Assembly: GCA_003990765.1 (NCBI GenBank)
Contig: RBNJ01000228.1
Coordinates: 1 to 36,156 of the forward strand
Origin: Jimgerdemannia flammicorona
Lineage: Eukaryota
DNA: 36,156 nt
Direction: 5' to 3'
Part shown: piece after piece, positions 11,881 through 25,453 of the stretch
How positions within the stretch are numbered: the stretch's first letter is position 1
Layout of the letters: every line of letters begins with the position of its first letter
Notes under the pieces: generated by a model
The model's input: the letters and a program-made list of their open reading frames with translations, nothing else
Database searches by the model: none
What the model was told of the DNA's origin: nothing
Made by a program: the position numbers and the translations under genes

Positions 11881-13833
11881 CTAGGCCTTGATGAGTCTAT
11901 CATCTATTGTAAGTGCAACGACTGTTGTATTCAAGCTCTCCTCAAAGGCGACAGTGCTGTAGTGGTCATGTGGTTGGAAGAGGATAGCCGTGTTGGCTGC
12001 AAACGGGACCCCAAAACCATAGGTGAGGTCATACCAGACTCTCCCACTATCCTCCCAGATTGGGCCCTTCCTTTCTGGGATGTAAAACATTACTGGAGTA
12101 ATATTGTTATCTGTGTGTGTGGGCAGAGAAAGGTTGTGTCTGATGTATCCTGATGTGACATGAGTATACAGTTGGGTGAACCCTTGGTCCAGGACCTCAT
12201 ACTGCCAGACTATACTGGTGGATGCCTGCCCTTGGTCCAGCCCCAGGAGCCCTGGCTTGGAAACCTGCCAAAATGGACAGCAACTAGTCAGTCCTTTTTG
12301 CATGCGGGGGGGCAGAAACCCCCCGGGCTGCAGAAACCCCCCGGGCTGCAGTATCCCAAAAAAGCGGAGCTCCTTACCTCATACGGTATGCTAAATTGCA
12401 CCAAGAATATACATACAGCCGTGCCGAGATCACCACTAAGCTGGCCTGCCATATGCTCTATCAATCTGCTCAAAGAACCCCAGATCATAGCCACCATCGC
12501 TGCATAGGCCGTGTCATGCTTGCATGCAGTTTGCTCTTTGACGGCACTTCTAAAGTTCCAGTAGGGGTACAGAATCTTGTGCATCCCTGGATTTGTATCA
12601 AAAAGAGTATGTCGGTGAAGAGTGTGATTTATCTGGGGAGTAAAAAAAAAGGGAGATGAGTACAGGGGATTTCGGAACTCCGGAACCCACCTTTCGCCAG
12701 TGTTGCAGTATACCCAATTCCCATCCAAACCCCCCCTCCTTGCTTTTTTCACCCCCTCTTTCCTATCACCCAGTATTTGACACAATCCTCATAAATCTTG
12801 TTGATATGGCAGTGAAGCTTGTTGCTGTAGAGGTTCCTTATTACCATTGCAACCACTTCTCCATGTTTGTTAATAAAGATATGGTTCTCTTCATCATTAA
12901 TTACTCCTGCTGACCAATGGACCCCTTGGTCGAGAACGATTGGCTCTGATTCAAATGTAGACCCCCAAGCCTTAATGACAATGCTGGTACTGCTCATACT
13001 GAACATGCTCTCGAATTTCTCTATTTGATCAGACACCAGATGTGGTTGAACTCGGGTAACTTTGAACTCTCCTTTCCAATGGAACTGAGCTCTAATCTGA
13101 GGGACCAAGATAAGTGTGCAGATAGGTTGCGTGCAGACAGGTTGCATGTGGGCGAGTTGCATACAGGCGGGTTGCATGTGGGTGTGGGTGTTTTTTAAGG
13201 AGAGACCACATAAAAAATGAAATTAAATAAAACACAAAGATGGGTATTTCAGAAAAGAGTGTGAGTGAGTGAGTGAGTGAGCTACATGCCAACAAGTTGC
13301 ACATCGACAAGTTGCATGAGTTACATAAGATTGCTCATGAAGGCTTATTTCTGTTCCTTTTGAGACCTCCGCCATATAATATATTGACTCAACAGCTCAG
13401 CCACCAAAGGCATACCCTACAACATCTTCCAACCTTTCTTCATCTTGACCAGATGTTGCAAATAAAGTCGGCAGATCTTACTGTAGAGCTGTGGACCCTA
13501 AGAAGAGCACGAGATGAATCAGGTCATGCTGGGGGAAATTTAAACAAGTAAAAAGTAGCGGCAGAAAAGAGCAACCTACATCTACTACTGGCTGCTCCAA
13601 AAAGGCTACTGCATACATAGCTATGAGGTCTGTAAATTCCGAGGTCCAAAGGGCCACCATGAGTTATTGCCAGAATTCACCCTCATCTCCACCATCGCCA
13701 TTACCATTGCCATTGCCACTACTGTCACCCCTTTGGCTCTCGATGAGCAGCTTGTGTGCTGCTCATATGAGAAAGAATCTAATATTGTTAGCAGAGAGTG
13801 TGTTTCCACCTCAAATACTCCCTTTTTTGACAA
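11881..13833 (-). pseudogene. hAT cargo gene: putative TET/JBP-like Fe(II) dioxygenase (spliced, decayed)
   Basis: In-phase intron 12265-12377 (GTAAGG...CAG) joins ...QFSIPYE to VSKPGLLG...; last exon has GYIRHNLSLPTHTDNN (HxD) ... WYDLTYGFGVPFAANTAILFQPHDHYST (double-stranded beta-helix strands, distal H-S-T region); upstream GEVVAMVIRN strand. 5' exons (13325-13833) are decayed and less certain. Confidence 0.6.
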
Positions 13834-14034
13834 TTATTATAGGGTGAAAAATGAGTAGACTGGACCAACATATAAATTAAGGGCTGCTGTTTTGTTTGCT
13901 CATGATGCAGCAGGAAAGAACAAAGAAAAAGAACAAAGAAAAGAGAGGAAACAAAGAAAAGGGTGATGTCACCAAAGTGTGGCAGGAAAAAAAAAACAAG
14001 AGTGAAATGAATAAAAGAAAGAATGATATCACCA

Positions 14035-14185
14035 AAGATTTCAATCTAGATGGATCAATCCGGATAGATCAATCTAGATGGATCATCCAGATGGATCATC
14101 TGGATCAGATTACGAGACCAATCTGAGTTGATTTGAACCCATCACATGATGAATCTGAATTGAATCTCATCTGGATCAACTCCAT
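14035..14185. repeat. Right subterminal repeats of the hAT element (GATGGATCAATCYR-like units)
   Basis: Short GGATC/GAATC-rich repeats adjacent to the right TIR. Confidence 0.75.
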
Positions 14186-15480
14186 TCATTCAGAGCACTA
14201 TTGGGGGTAAATGTAGGTTGGTATTCGTGCCAGTGGTCATTGTCTCAATAAGTCTCATATGTGGTTATGAACTGTTGTAAGTTCATTGGCAAGGTTAGCA
14301 GTGTGATCAGGGTTGGCAGAGATCCTTGGCTGGAGGTCATGTTGGCATCAGAGGGATCATTGTCTTTTGCTTCATCTTCGTTAAAGTGGATTATATCATA
14401 GACGTCCTTCATAGCATAACCAACTTGAGGCATTTGTAGGATATGGTCATCAGAGTGCGAGAAGGTTCTGTCTGTAGTCTTGACATACTCGAGGTACTTA
14501 TAGTTGAGTTCTTGTATTATGTCATCGATTTGGCCATAGGACAGAGTAGCAATCATTTCACTGGTGGTAACTCAGAGGTAGGGAATAAAGGTGCTGTACT
14601 CATAAAAGAGTTCTTGGTGTTTGCAGGTGATGGGCTTCTAGTGTTGAGACATCTGGATAATGTCTGTATCATGGTGGTATTTGACCATATCTTCTAGGAG
14701 GCAGCCAATCTGGTAGTAGCTTGAGATTTGTCCAATCTGGTGGGCCTCATTGAGTATGTTCAGGGCATTCCATCAGGCTTCCATGAAATAGAGGGGTGCC
14801 AGGCTATGGATATTCATGAGAGGCAGAGAGGATGTAGCTCGGTTGATAATGACATTCCAAATATCAGCATGGATGCAGTTGTAGATCTTGGTAGTCATGT
14901 TTGTATATTTGGAAGTTGTGGTTATTGTTTGTTTTGGTTCTGCTTCAATGCATCTCAGTGCTCAGTATATATATATTTGGTCCTGATTGATAAGATTCCA
15001 TTTTGTGTAAATCTTGTATTTCATGACTTCATGTTGACTCAGCTTTGTGCACTGTGACTTCAGTTTAACTCAGCTTTGTGATCTTGCAAGTAATTTCTAG
15101 ATTTGTTCAGAGGTCATATGTGATTTTGGTGGCTTAGAGGTTATGTGCTTATATGAAGACTAGTAAATTTACAACTCCTCAATCTATAGAAAAAATCAAA
15201 GCTTTGTCATTTCCAGTGCTTAAGCCTCTTCTTATAGAATTGAAACACTAAGAGTACCTCTATCACAATATTCACCTCTTTGTCTGGGATGAATTCAAAG
15301 ATATTACTTGTCCAAGACTGACTTATAATAATAATGAATAAAAAAATTCAATTATTGCTTGTTAATGTTGTTAAGTTTAATAAGTCATCTTTCACAAATA
15401 TTACTAGCTTTTCTTACTTTTAAAAATAAAATTATTTATATATTTAACAATAAAAATAAATAATAATAATAAAAAAAACT

Positions 15481-15822
15481 ATGGTAAACATTTTAGAAGC
15501 CCAATAGCAAGAAAATAAAGAATTATTAAATGAAATCGAAACATTGAAAAAGCAACTAGCCAATCAATACCAAGCAATCAGCAAACTAAAAGAAAGATTT
15601 AGTGTTAATGAAAATAATATTTTAACCAAAGAGGAAATAAGAGAACTAATTGGTAGTTTAAATCAGAATCTAGATGAATCAGATACATATAAGAGCAGTT
15701 ATAGATTATTTTTGACTTTACCTTCATGAATTACAGTATTTAGGAGATAAAGAGTTTAGAAAAAGTTTTGTTCACTATATTTATATATATTATAATATAA
15801 TAACTTGATGAGTAAAGACTAA
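15481..15822 (+). pseudogene. MRE-like coiled-coil hypothetical ORF 1 (TGA read as Trp)
   Basis: MVNILEAQ*QENKELLNEIETLKKQL...FLTLPS(TGA)ITVF...FCSL; intronless, very AT-rich. Confidence 0.55.
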
Positions 15823-16267
15823 TAAAGAAGTTAAGAGTTTACAAATAAAGAAGAATGAATTAACTGAGAAGAACAAGCAATTAGATAAAAAGAATGCTAT
15901 TTTAGAAAAGAATATTGTTGATTTAGAAGTAAAACAAAAATATCTAGAAAGAGCAGTAGAATTAGAATAAAAAAATCATTTGGAATTTATTGATATATCT
16001 GAAGAATAGCATAAATAAAGGGTGTTTGAAATGAACATGATAAAGGATAGTTTTATAACAGACTTGAGATTGAAAGTATAGGAATTAGAAAAGGTTTTAG
16101 TAGCCAAAGATGAGAAGTTAGTTGAATTAACTAAACTAATTGAGCCTAAACCTAAGAAATTTCAACAAATTAAAAAGTTAGTAAATACAGCAAAAGAAAA
16201 AACTCATGTATTTAAGGAAAAGATTCAAGCAAAGTTCCATACTTATATTCTACAAAAGAATAAGTAA
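15800..16267 (+). pseudogene. MRE-like coiled-coil hypothetical ORF 2
   Basis: T(TGA)(TGA)VKTNKEVKSLQIKKNELTEKNKQL...KFHTYILQKNK*; overlaps the end of ORF 1 and stops 3 nt before the ORF 3 ATG. Start approximate. Confidence 0.55.
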
Positions 16268-16270
16268 TTT

Positions 16271-16925
16271 ATGAAATTAGAATATAGAGTTCTTGAAATA
16301 GCAGAAGAGAATAAGCAAGATTGTAATTATTGTTCATTAGATTTTTGGGCTGAAATTGGTTTTAATCTTAATATTGCTACCCATGAAATAGCAGCTAATA
16401 ATAAAGAAGGTAACTGTGTTGATATTGCCTATATCTGTGCTACTTATAAAGAGGGTTTGGAAAACAATATTCTTCCTTATTGTTAAAAGTATAGTAGATT
16501 GATAAGGAATAAAAAAAGTTGTTTTTGTAAGTTGCTAAAAGACAAACCTACTCAACCAGTTTCTGAAAATATCTTAATTGCTTGGTCTTTTACTTCTCAT
16601 TTAGAAAATAAAACCAAAGAATTAGAGAAAGAATTACTTGCTACTAAAGAAGCATTAAAAATTGAAAGAGAAGAAATTACTAAGTTTCATGAAAAGTCTG
16701 AGGAGTGAAGTAAAAGGCAAAAACAGGAGTTATTAGACAAAATTAAGCAACAAGAAGCAGAGATTGAATGTTTAAAAAAAATTATCTCCTCAAGAATTGA
16801 TTAATGAAATAGAATCTTATAAGGAAGAAATTGCTTGATTAAAAACTCAGTTAGAAAAATTGAATTCTCAACAGAACGCTCAAATTGAGGTTAAAAGGTG
16901 ATCTTGATTGAAAATAAGAAAGTAA
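16271..16925 (+). pseudogene. MRE-like ORF 3: CxxC zinc-ribbon-like N-terminus plus coiled coil
   Basis: DCNYC...ICATY...YC*KY...SCFC, then KELEKELL...EE(TGA)SKRQKQELLDKIKQQEAEI, one frameshift in the A-run ~16775, ending NAQIEVKR(TGA)S(TGA)LKIRK*. Confidence 0.6.
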
Positions 16926-17205
16926 TTAAAAGAAATTCATTCCAACATTGAATCACTAAAGTTACAAGCAAAAACAAGCCTGATACCCGAGTGACGTCGC
17001 AAGTTCACTTTGTCTGGTTTTGTTGCAGCACGCCCCATATTATTTCGTTCGAATGAAGTTATCTATTAAACTCAAAAATAAAAAGGTTGCCGAGAATATC
17101 GTACAAATACAATGGTCATATACAAGAATCGGGGATGAAACGGGGGGGAGAGGGGGAGGAAGCCGACGGTGACATGAACTGAGCATGTGTATCTTGAATG
17201 ATGTC

Positions 17206-21521
<4,316 letters not shown>

Positions 21522-21690
21522 GAGTTTCTTGGTTCTTGGGGTCAGGAATCAGGAATCGGAATCGGAATCGGGGAATGGGTATAATTATAAATAAAAGACT
21601 TGGTCAATTGTTTCAGTTATAATTGTTTCTCAGGAATGTGACTGCTGCATATGTATATACGTGGCGAAGTCTCCGTGCCCTCCATCCTCG
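21522..21690. promoter_or_regulatory. Short divergent intergenic region, candidate bidirectional promoter for IRE1 and GPI10
   Basis: ~170 bp between start codons; AT-rich TATAATTATAAATAAAA at ~21580-21596; (A/C)GGAAT repeats ~21544-21576. Confidence 0.6.
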
Positions 21691-23957
21691 ATGCTCATGG
21701 ACCACTCCATTTATACTCGAAAGCGGAATCCTTCACCAAAGCCACCATCCCCACCCCCACCCCCATCTCCCCCTCCCCAGCAATCTACCCCCTTGTCATC
21801 CACCCTCCTCTTCTGCTTCCTCGTCTCCTTTCGCCTCGTGAATGCCCTGATCCAGAGGACCTACGACAATCCCGACGAATACTGGCAGTCGCTTGAAGTT
21901 GCCCACAATCTGGTTTTTGGATATCCTTTTGATGAAATTTTACGCGCTGTCGAGCTATGTCATCCACGCTTGTTCTTAACTCTATAATGAATGCTCTGTA
22001 CACACGTATGGGTATCTGACATGGGAATGGCGGTCGCAAATACGAAGCTTCGCCCATCCGCTCATATTCGCCGCTTTGTACAAGCTGCTCGCGGTGATAG
22101 GGCTCGATGAAACCGGATTTTTTGTAAGGTCACTTTAAGCTGGATGATCAAGCACTTGCGATCCGATGGATATGCATCGTGTAATTTGCGCATCTATACT
22201 CGTAGTTCCTAGCACCGCACCTTCTCCAGGCAGTATTTGCTGGCGTGGGCGATTACTACACGTGTCGATTTGCACAGAAAGCCGTTGGCATGTGGATCTC
22301 ACCCACGATCGTAAGTCCTCGCTAACACCATCACCTTGGATTGTTTCATGCAAAAATGTACACATTCAACCCAAAATTACCCTCCCACACTCTCTTAGCT
22401 CTTTAGCACCCTCACTTCCTGGTTCAACCTTCACACCGCTGTCCGGCCTCTCTCCAACTCCCTCGAGACGGTCCTGACCGTCGTCGCACTATTCTATTGG
22501 CCGCTCCCGGGCGTGGTCGCCGAGATCGATCCGCGATGGCAGAGCGGACTGCGCGTTGCGCTCGTGTGGGCAGCTGTATCGTGCGTGATTCGTCCAACTA
22601 ATGGCGTTGTTTGGTTGTTTTTGGGAGTGCATCTCCTGTGGAGATGCCCTAACAGGCAGTTAAGTATAATGATAAACACGGCAATTGTGATGTAGGTATA
22701 TTAGTTTTTCGTTCGTGCAGTATACATTTGTTGGACTTGCCATAGCATAATTTCATTGTCGGTCATTTCACATGCATCAGGGTGCTCGCATTTGGTACCG
22801 TCCTTACCCTCGATACCTATTTGTATACCGGTTCCTTCTCCGCCCTCCTCACCGCCCCTATTATCGCTCCGCTCAATTTCCTCCGCGTCAACGTTTTCAA
22901 CTCCATCTCCCTCTTCTATGGCATCCACTCATGGCATTGGTATCTCACCCAAGGCCTCCCCGTGTTGCTCACGACCTTCCTCCCGTTATTCATCTCAGGA
23001 CTGTGGCTTTCTTACGCAGACCCAGCACTCCGCACACGCACCATCCCTCTCCTCTACCTCCTCGCTTTTGTCATATCCGTTTATAGTCTCCTCCCTCATA
23101 AAGAATTCCGGTTCATCTACCCCTTACTTCCCATCCTCCTCCTCTTTGCCTCCATCGGTTTGCACAATCTTTCCCCGAAACACAAATGGCTCGCAATGGT
23201 CGCGTTGGTGATGACTAACATACCCATGGCGTTGTACACGAGCATTTGGCATCAACGAGGAGTGGTTGATGTCATGCGGTGGGTGAGAGAGCGAGCGCAA
23301 CCGGGGATGGAGGTGGAGTTTCTGATGCCATGTCATTCAACACCGTGGTATTCGGAGGTGCATGATAAAGAAGTCAATCTGGAATTTTTGGGGTGCGAGC
23401 CACCATTAGAGTGAGTAGCCCCCTTTCGCTCGATGTTTCTTAATGATGTATTGTTTTTAAAATATATATATATATTGATGTGCCGACTTCGACTCCCAAC
23501 TCCCTCGAACAGTCCAACCGATCCTACGTACATGGACGAAGCGGACGTTTTTTACGCGAATCCACGGCGCTTCATTCTTGATCGATTCAACAGATCTTCA
23601 GTACAAGGGCGGGCCTGGCCGACACATCTGGTCATGTTTGAGGCGTTATTGAAGATGGAGGATGAGGATGGTTCTTTACGAGGGTTATTTTTGGGAAAGG
23701 GGGAGAATGGGGAAGGAATTTATCGTGAGGTAAGCGGGGATATTTTAGCTTGATTTCAGAGATCGAAATGGGGACATGTTCATGTATTGATTGTCTGACT
23801 ATCGATTCTCTCTGCCCGCGAACCATCGTTTAACGTCAAAACAATTTAGTGCGCACGGTTCTTCAACACACATTTCAATGGTGACTGGCGGCGTAAGGGG
23901 GACGTCATCGTGTTATGTTATAACGATACTGGTGAGGATTTCGTGCATATTGCATGA
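21691..23957 (+). CDS. GPI10: GPI mannosyltransferase 3 (PIG-B/Gpi10, Alg9-like GT22 family), multi-exon
   Basis: FRLVNALIQRTYDNPDEYWQSLEVAHNLVFG/YGYLTWEW; SNSLETVLT; IRPTN; FYGIHSWHWYLTQG; YSLLPHKEFRFIYPLLP; HQRGVVDVM; FLMPCHSTPWYS; DEADVFYANP; FFNTHFNGDWRRKGDV. Start is ATG 21691 or 21697. Confidence 0.96.
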
Positions 23958-24729
23958 AATTGAGGTGCCGTTTTAGCATTTACATATATATAAACAAATC
24001 ACCCATTTTTGTAGATGAAGCAGTATGATTGTTATTAGAGATTTTTATGGGGTCTTTACCATTCTCTATGACTTTATTGTAGCAAAAAACTTTGTAAACA
24101 ATTTGTGATCTATAGAACTGATTTCTGATATTTTTCAAAGATCTGAGATTAGTCTTTAACTGATATTACTTTATAATCAGCTTCTTTCTCTACTACCATA
24201 CTGGTTATAAGATTGATAGGTAATTTTTCAAGTTCTTTTTCTCTTATTTTATCTTCTTTACTTTGAATTGGTTTGTTGTATTTATAAAGGTATAGTGGGA
24301 GGGAGGTAATGGTGATGAGTTGTTCTTCTACATATCAGTATTAGATTAGTGTTTTTTTTTACTTTTTTGTAGTTTTTGGTATCTTTAGTTATATTTGGGA
24401 TATATTTGTTTTGATGTAGTACTTTCTTCCTTTTATTATCATCAACAAAGTATTATCTGGGTATATTATGAGTTATGTAGAATATTAGCCAACCTTGAGT
24501 ATTAAGTATTAGTATAGATTATTTGTAGGTTTTTGGTATCTATAGTGGAGTCCTCTGAGTTTTAGTGAGCTTTTAGTGAGTACAGTGTTGGTATAGATGA
24601 TTATTTTTTAAGTAAAATTAAGATGGAAGGAGAGATGGTTATTATAGATAAAAGGAAGGGCAATTATAGTAAACCAGTAGAGTGTTAAGTTAGGGTAGTT
24701 ATTGAGACTAAGATAGATACTATATCTAG

Positions 24730-24892
24730 TATTTTTAAATAAATCAAATTAATTTAAATTAAATTGAATTAAGGATTATTTAAATCAAATTAAACTAGGA
24801 TTTTTTTAATTTAAATTAAGTTCAAATCAAATTAAATTTGAATCAAATCTCAAATCAAATTAGATCTTTGATTTAATTTATTGAGAGTACTA
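24730..24892. mobile_element. Heavily AT-decayed terminus of a hAT-related element
   Basis: Ends ATTTATTGAGAGTACTA, matching the right end ATTCATTCAGAGCACTA of the element at 7714-14200, preceded by AAATCAAATT repeats resembling decayed GAATCGAATC; other end not found. Confidence 0.55.
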
Positions 24893-24908
24893 GCTATATC
24901 AGTGGGGT

Positions 24909-25453
24909 TGTAAGAGGGTTACTTTTTAGAATAACTGTTATATAGTTCTGGAAGGGTTTTCTAGAAGTTCTAGATATTTGGAAAGACTATTTTCTTAAGG
25001 TCAAGATCAATTTCATATAGAGTATGTCCTCTATACTTATTGATTTCAAGATTGGATTGATGTCTCAACCAAAGTCCTTTTTTGGACTAGTTCTAGATGT
25101 TCAGGATTTTTCGTATTTCAGGAAGTTCAAGAAACTAAGACCAGCTTAGTTGAATTGGCATATTACTGTAGACAATACCCAATTAGGAAATTTCGTGATG
25201 GAGTTAGAAGTGAAACCTAACAGAGAGCAGATTTACTTAAGAGTAGTTTGTGGATTATTAAATAGATTTATTTGCTATTCATGATATTGCTATACTAGAA
25301 GTAGTTATGTAAAGAGATATTGTGAAGAAGTACTCAGAAGTTGTGTTCAGATTATTTAGGTCTGAGATTCTAAGGTCTGGGGGGGGGGGTATTTATACTA
25401 GTGAGGAGCTATCTGGACTATACTGAATATAGATGTAGCACTAAGTATCTTGC
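24909..25453 (-). mobile_element. Older LTR copy (reverse orientation, U5/R end) interrupted by the full-length element; resumes at 36112-36124
   Basis: Starts TGTAAGAGGGTT (reverse complement of the LTR end); sequence ...CTAAGTATCTTGC|TGAGTTAG continues across the insertion. Confidence 0.9.

Larger units (their letters stand above)
7714..14200 (+). mobile_element. hAT-superfamily DNA transposon, 6487 bp, with two convergent genes
   Basis: TIRs TAGTGCTCCAAATGA (7714) and TCATTCAGAGCACTA (ends 14200); 8-bp TSD TCAGGGGT (7706-7713) / TTGGGGGT (14201-14208), both derivable from TCGGGGGT by CpG decay; subterminal repeats; hAT transposase. Confidence 0.95.
6623..15153 (-). mobile_element. Solo LTR B (reverse orientation), split into 6623-7713 and 14201-15153 by a hAT insertion
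   Basis: Reverse complement of the LTR at both ends; perfect 5-bp TSD TGAAG (6618-6622 / 15154-15158); has one rather than two copies of the 33-bp 5' repeat and a 5-bp deletion in the LTR ORF. Confidence 0.95.
2925..15341 (+). pseudogene. DDE-type transposase pseudogene (CDNxGGQNKN / GHTKF family, Sola/DUF7869-like), split into 2925-4508, 6589-6622 and 15159-15341 by LTR insertions
   Basis: Motifs HYSSN(TGA)AQNVHIP, LKVICDNTGGQNKNN, ELNFMVPGHTKFKCNGSFGLIK and C-terminal EYLYHNI..FV.DEFKDITCP; removing both LTRs and one copy of each TSD restores the frame AQRVT|NSLFQEFKLLK|TSKFTTPQ. Superfamily label from memory of motifs; no TIRs found. Confidence 0.75.

Noticed and set aside
10732..11883. 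Separate MITE nested between the two hAT genes (TAGGTCCTGGGGGT vs TAGGACCAGCGGGT)
   Set aside because: Only 11/14 match, no TSD, and the right end overlaps the cargo gene stop codon.
15350..16950. Mitochondrial insertion (NUMT) as source of the TGA=Trp ORFs
   Set aside because: No similarity to respiratory genes, rRNA/tRNA or homing endonucleases; charged coiled-coil ORFs fit Mollicutes-type genes better.
2446..16965. AAAGTTAC at 2446-2453 and 16958-16965 as a TSD of the MRE-like segment
   Set aside because: An 8-mer in AT-rich DNA with no terminal inverted repeats inside it; chance cannot be excluded without an empty allele.
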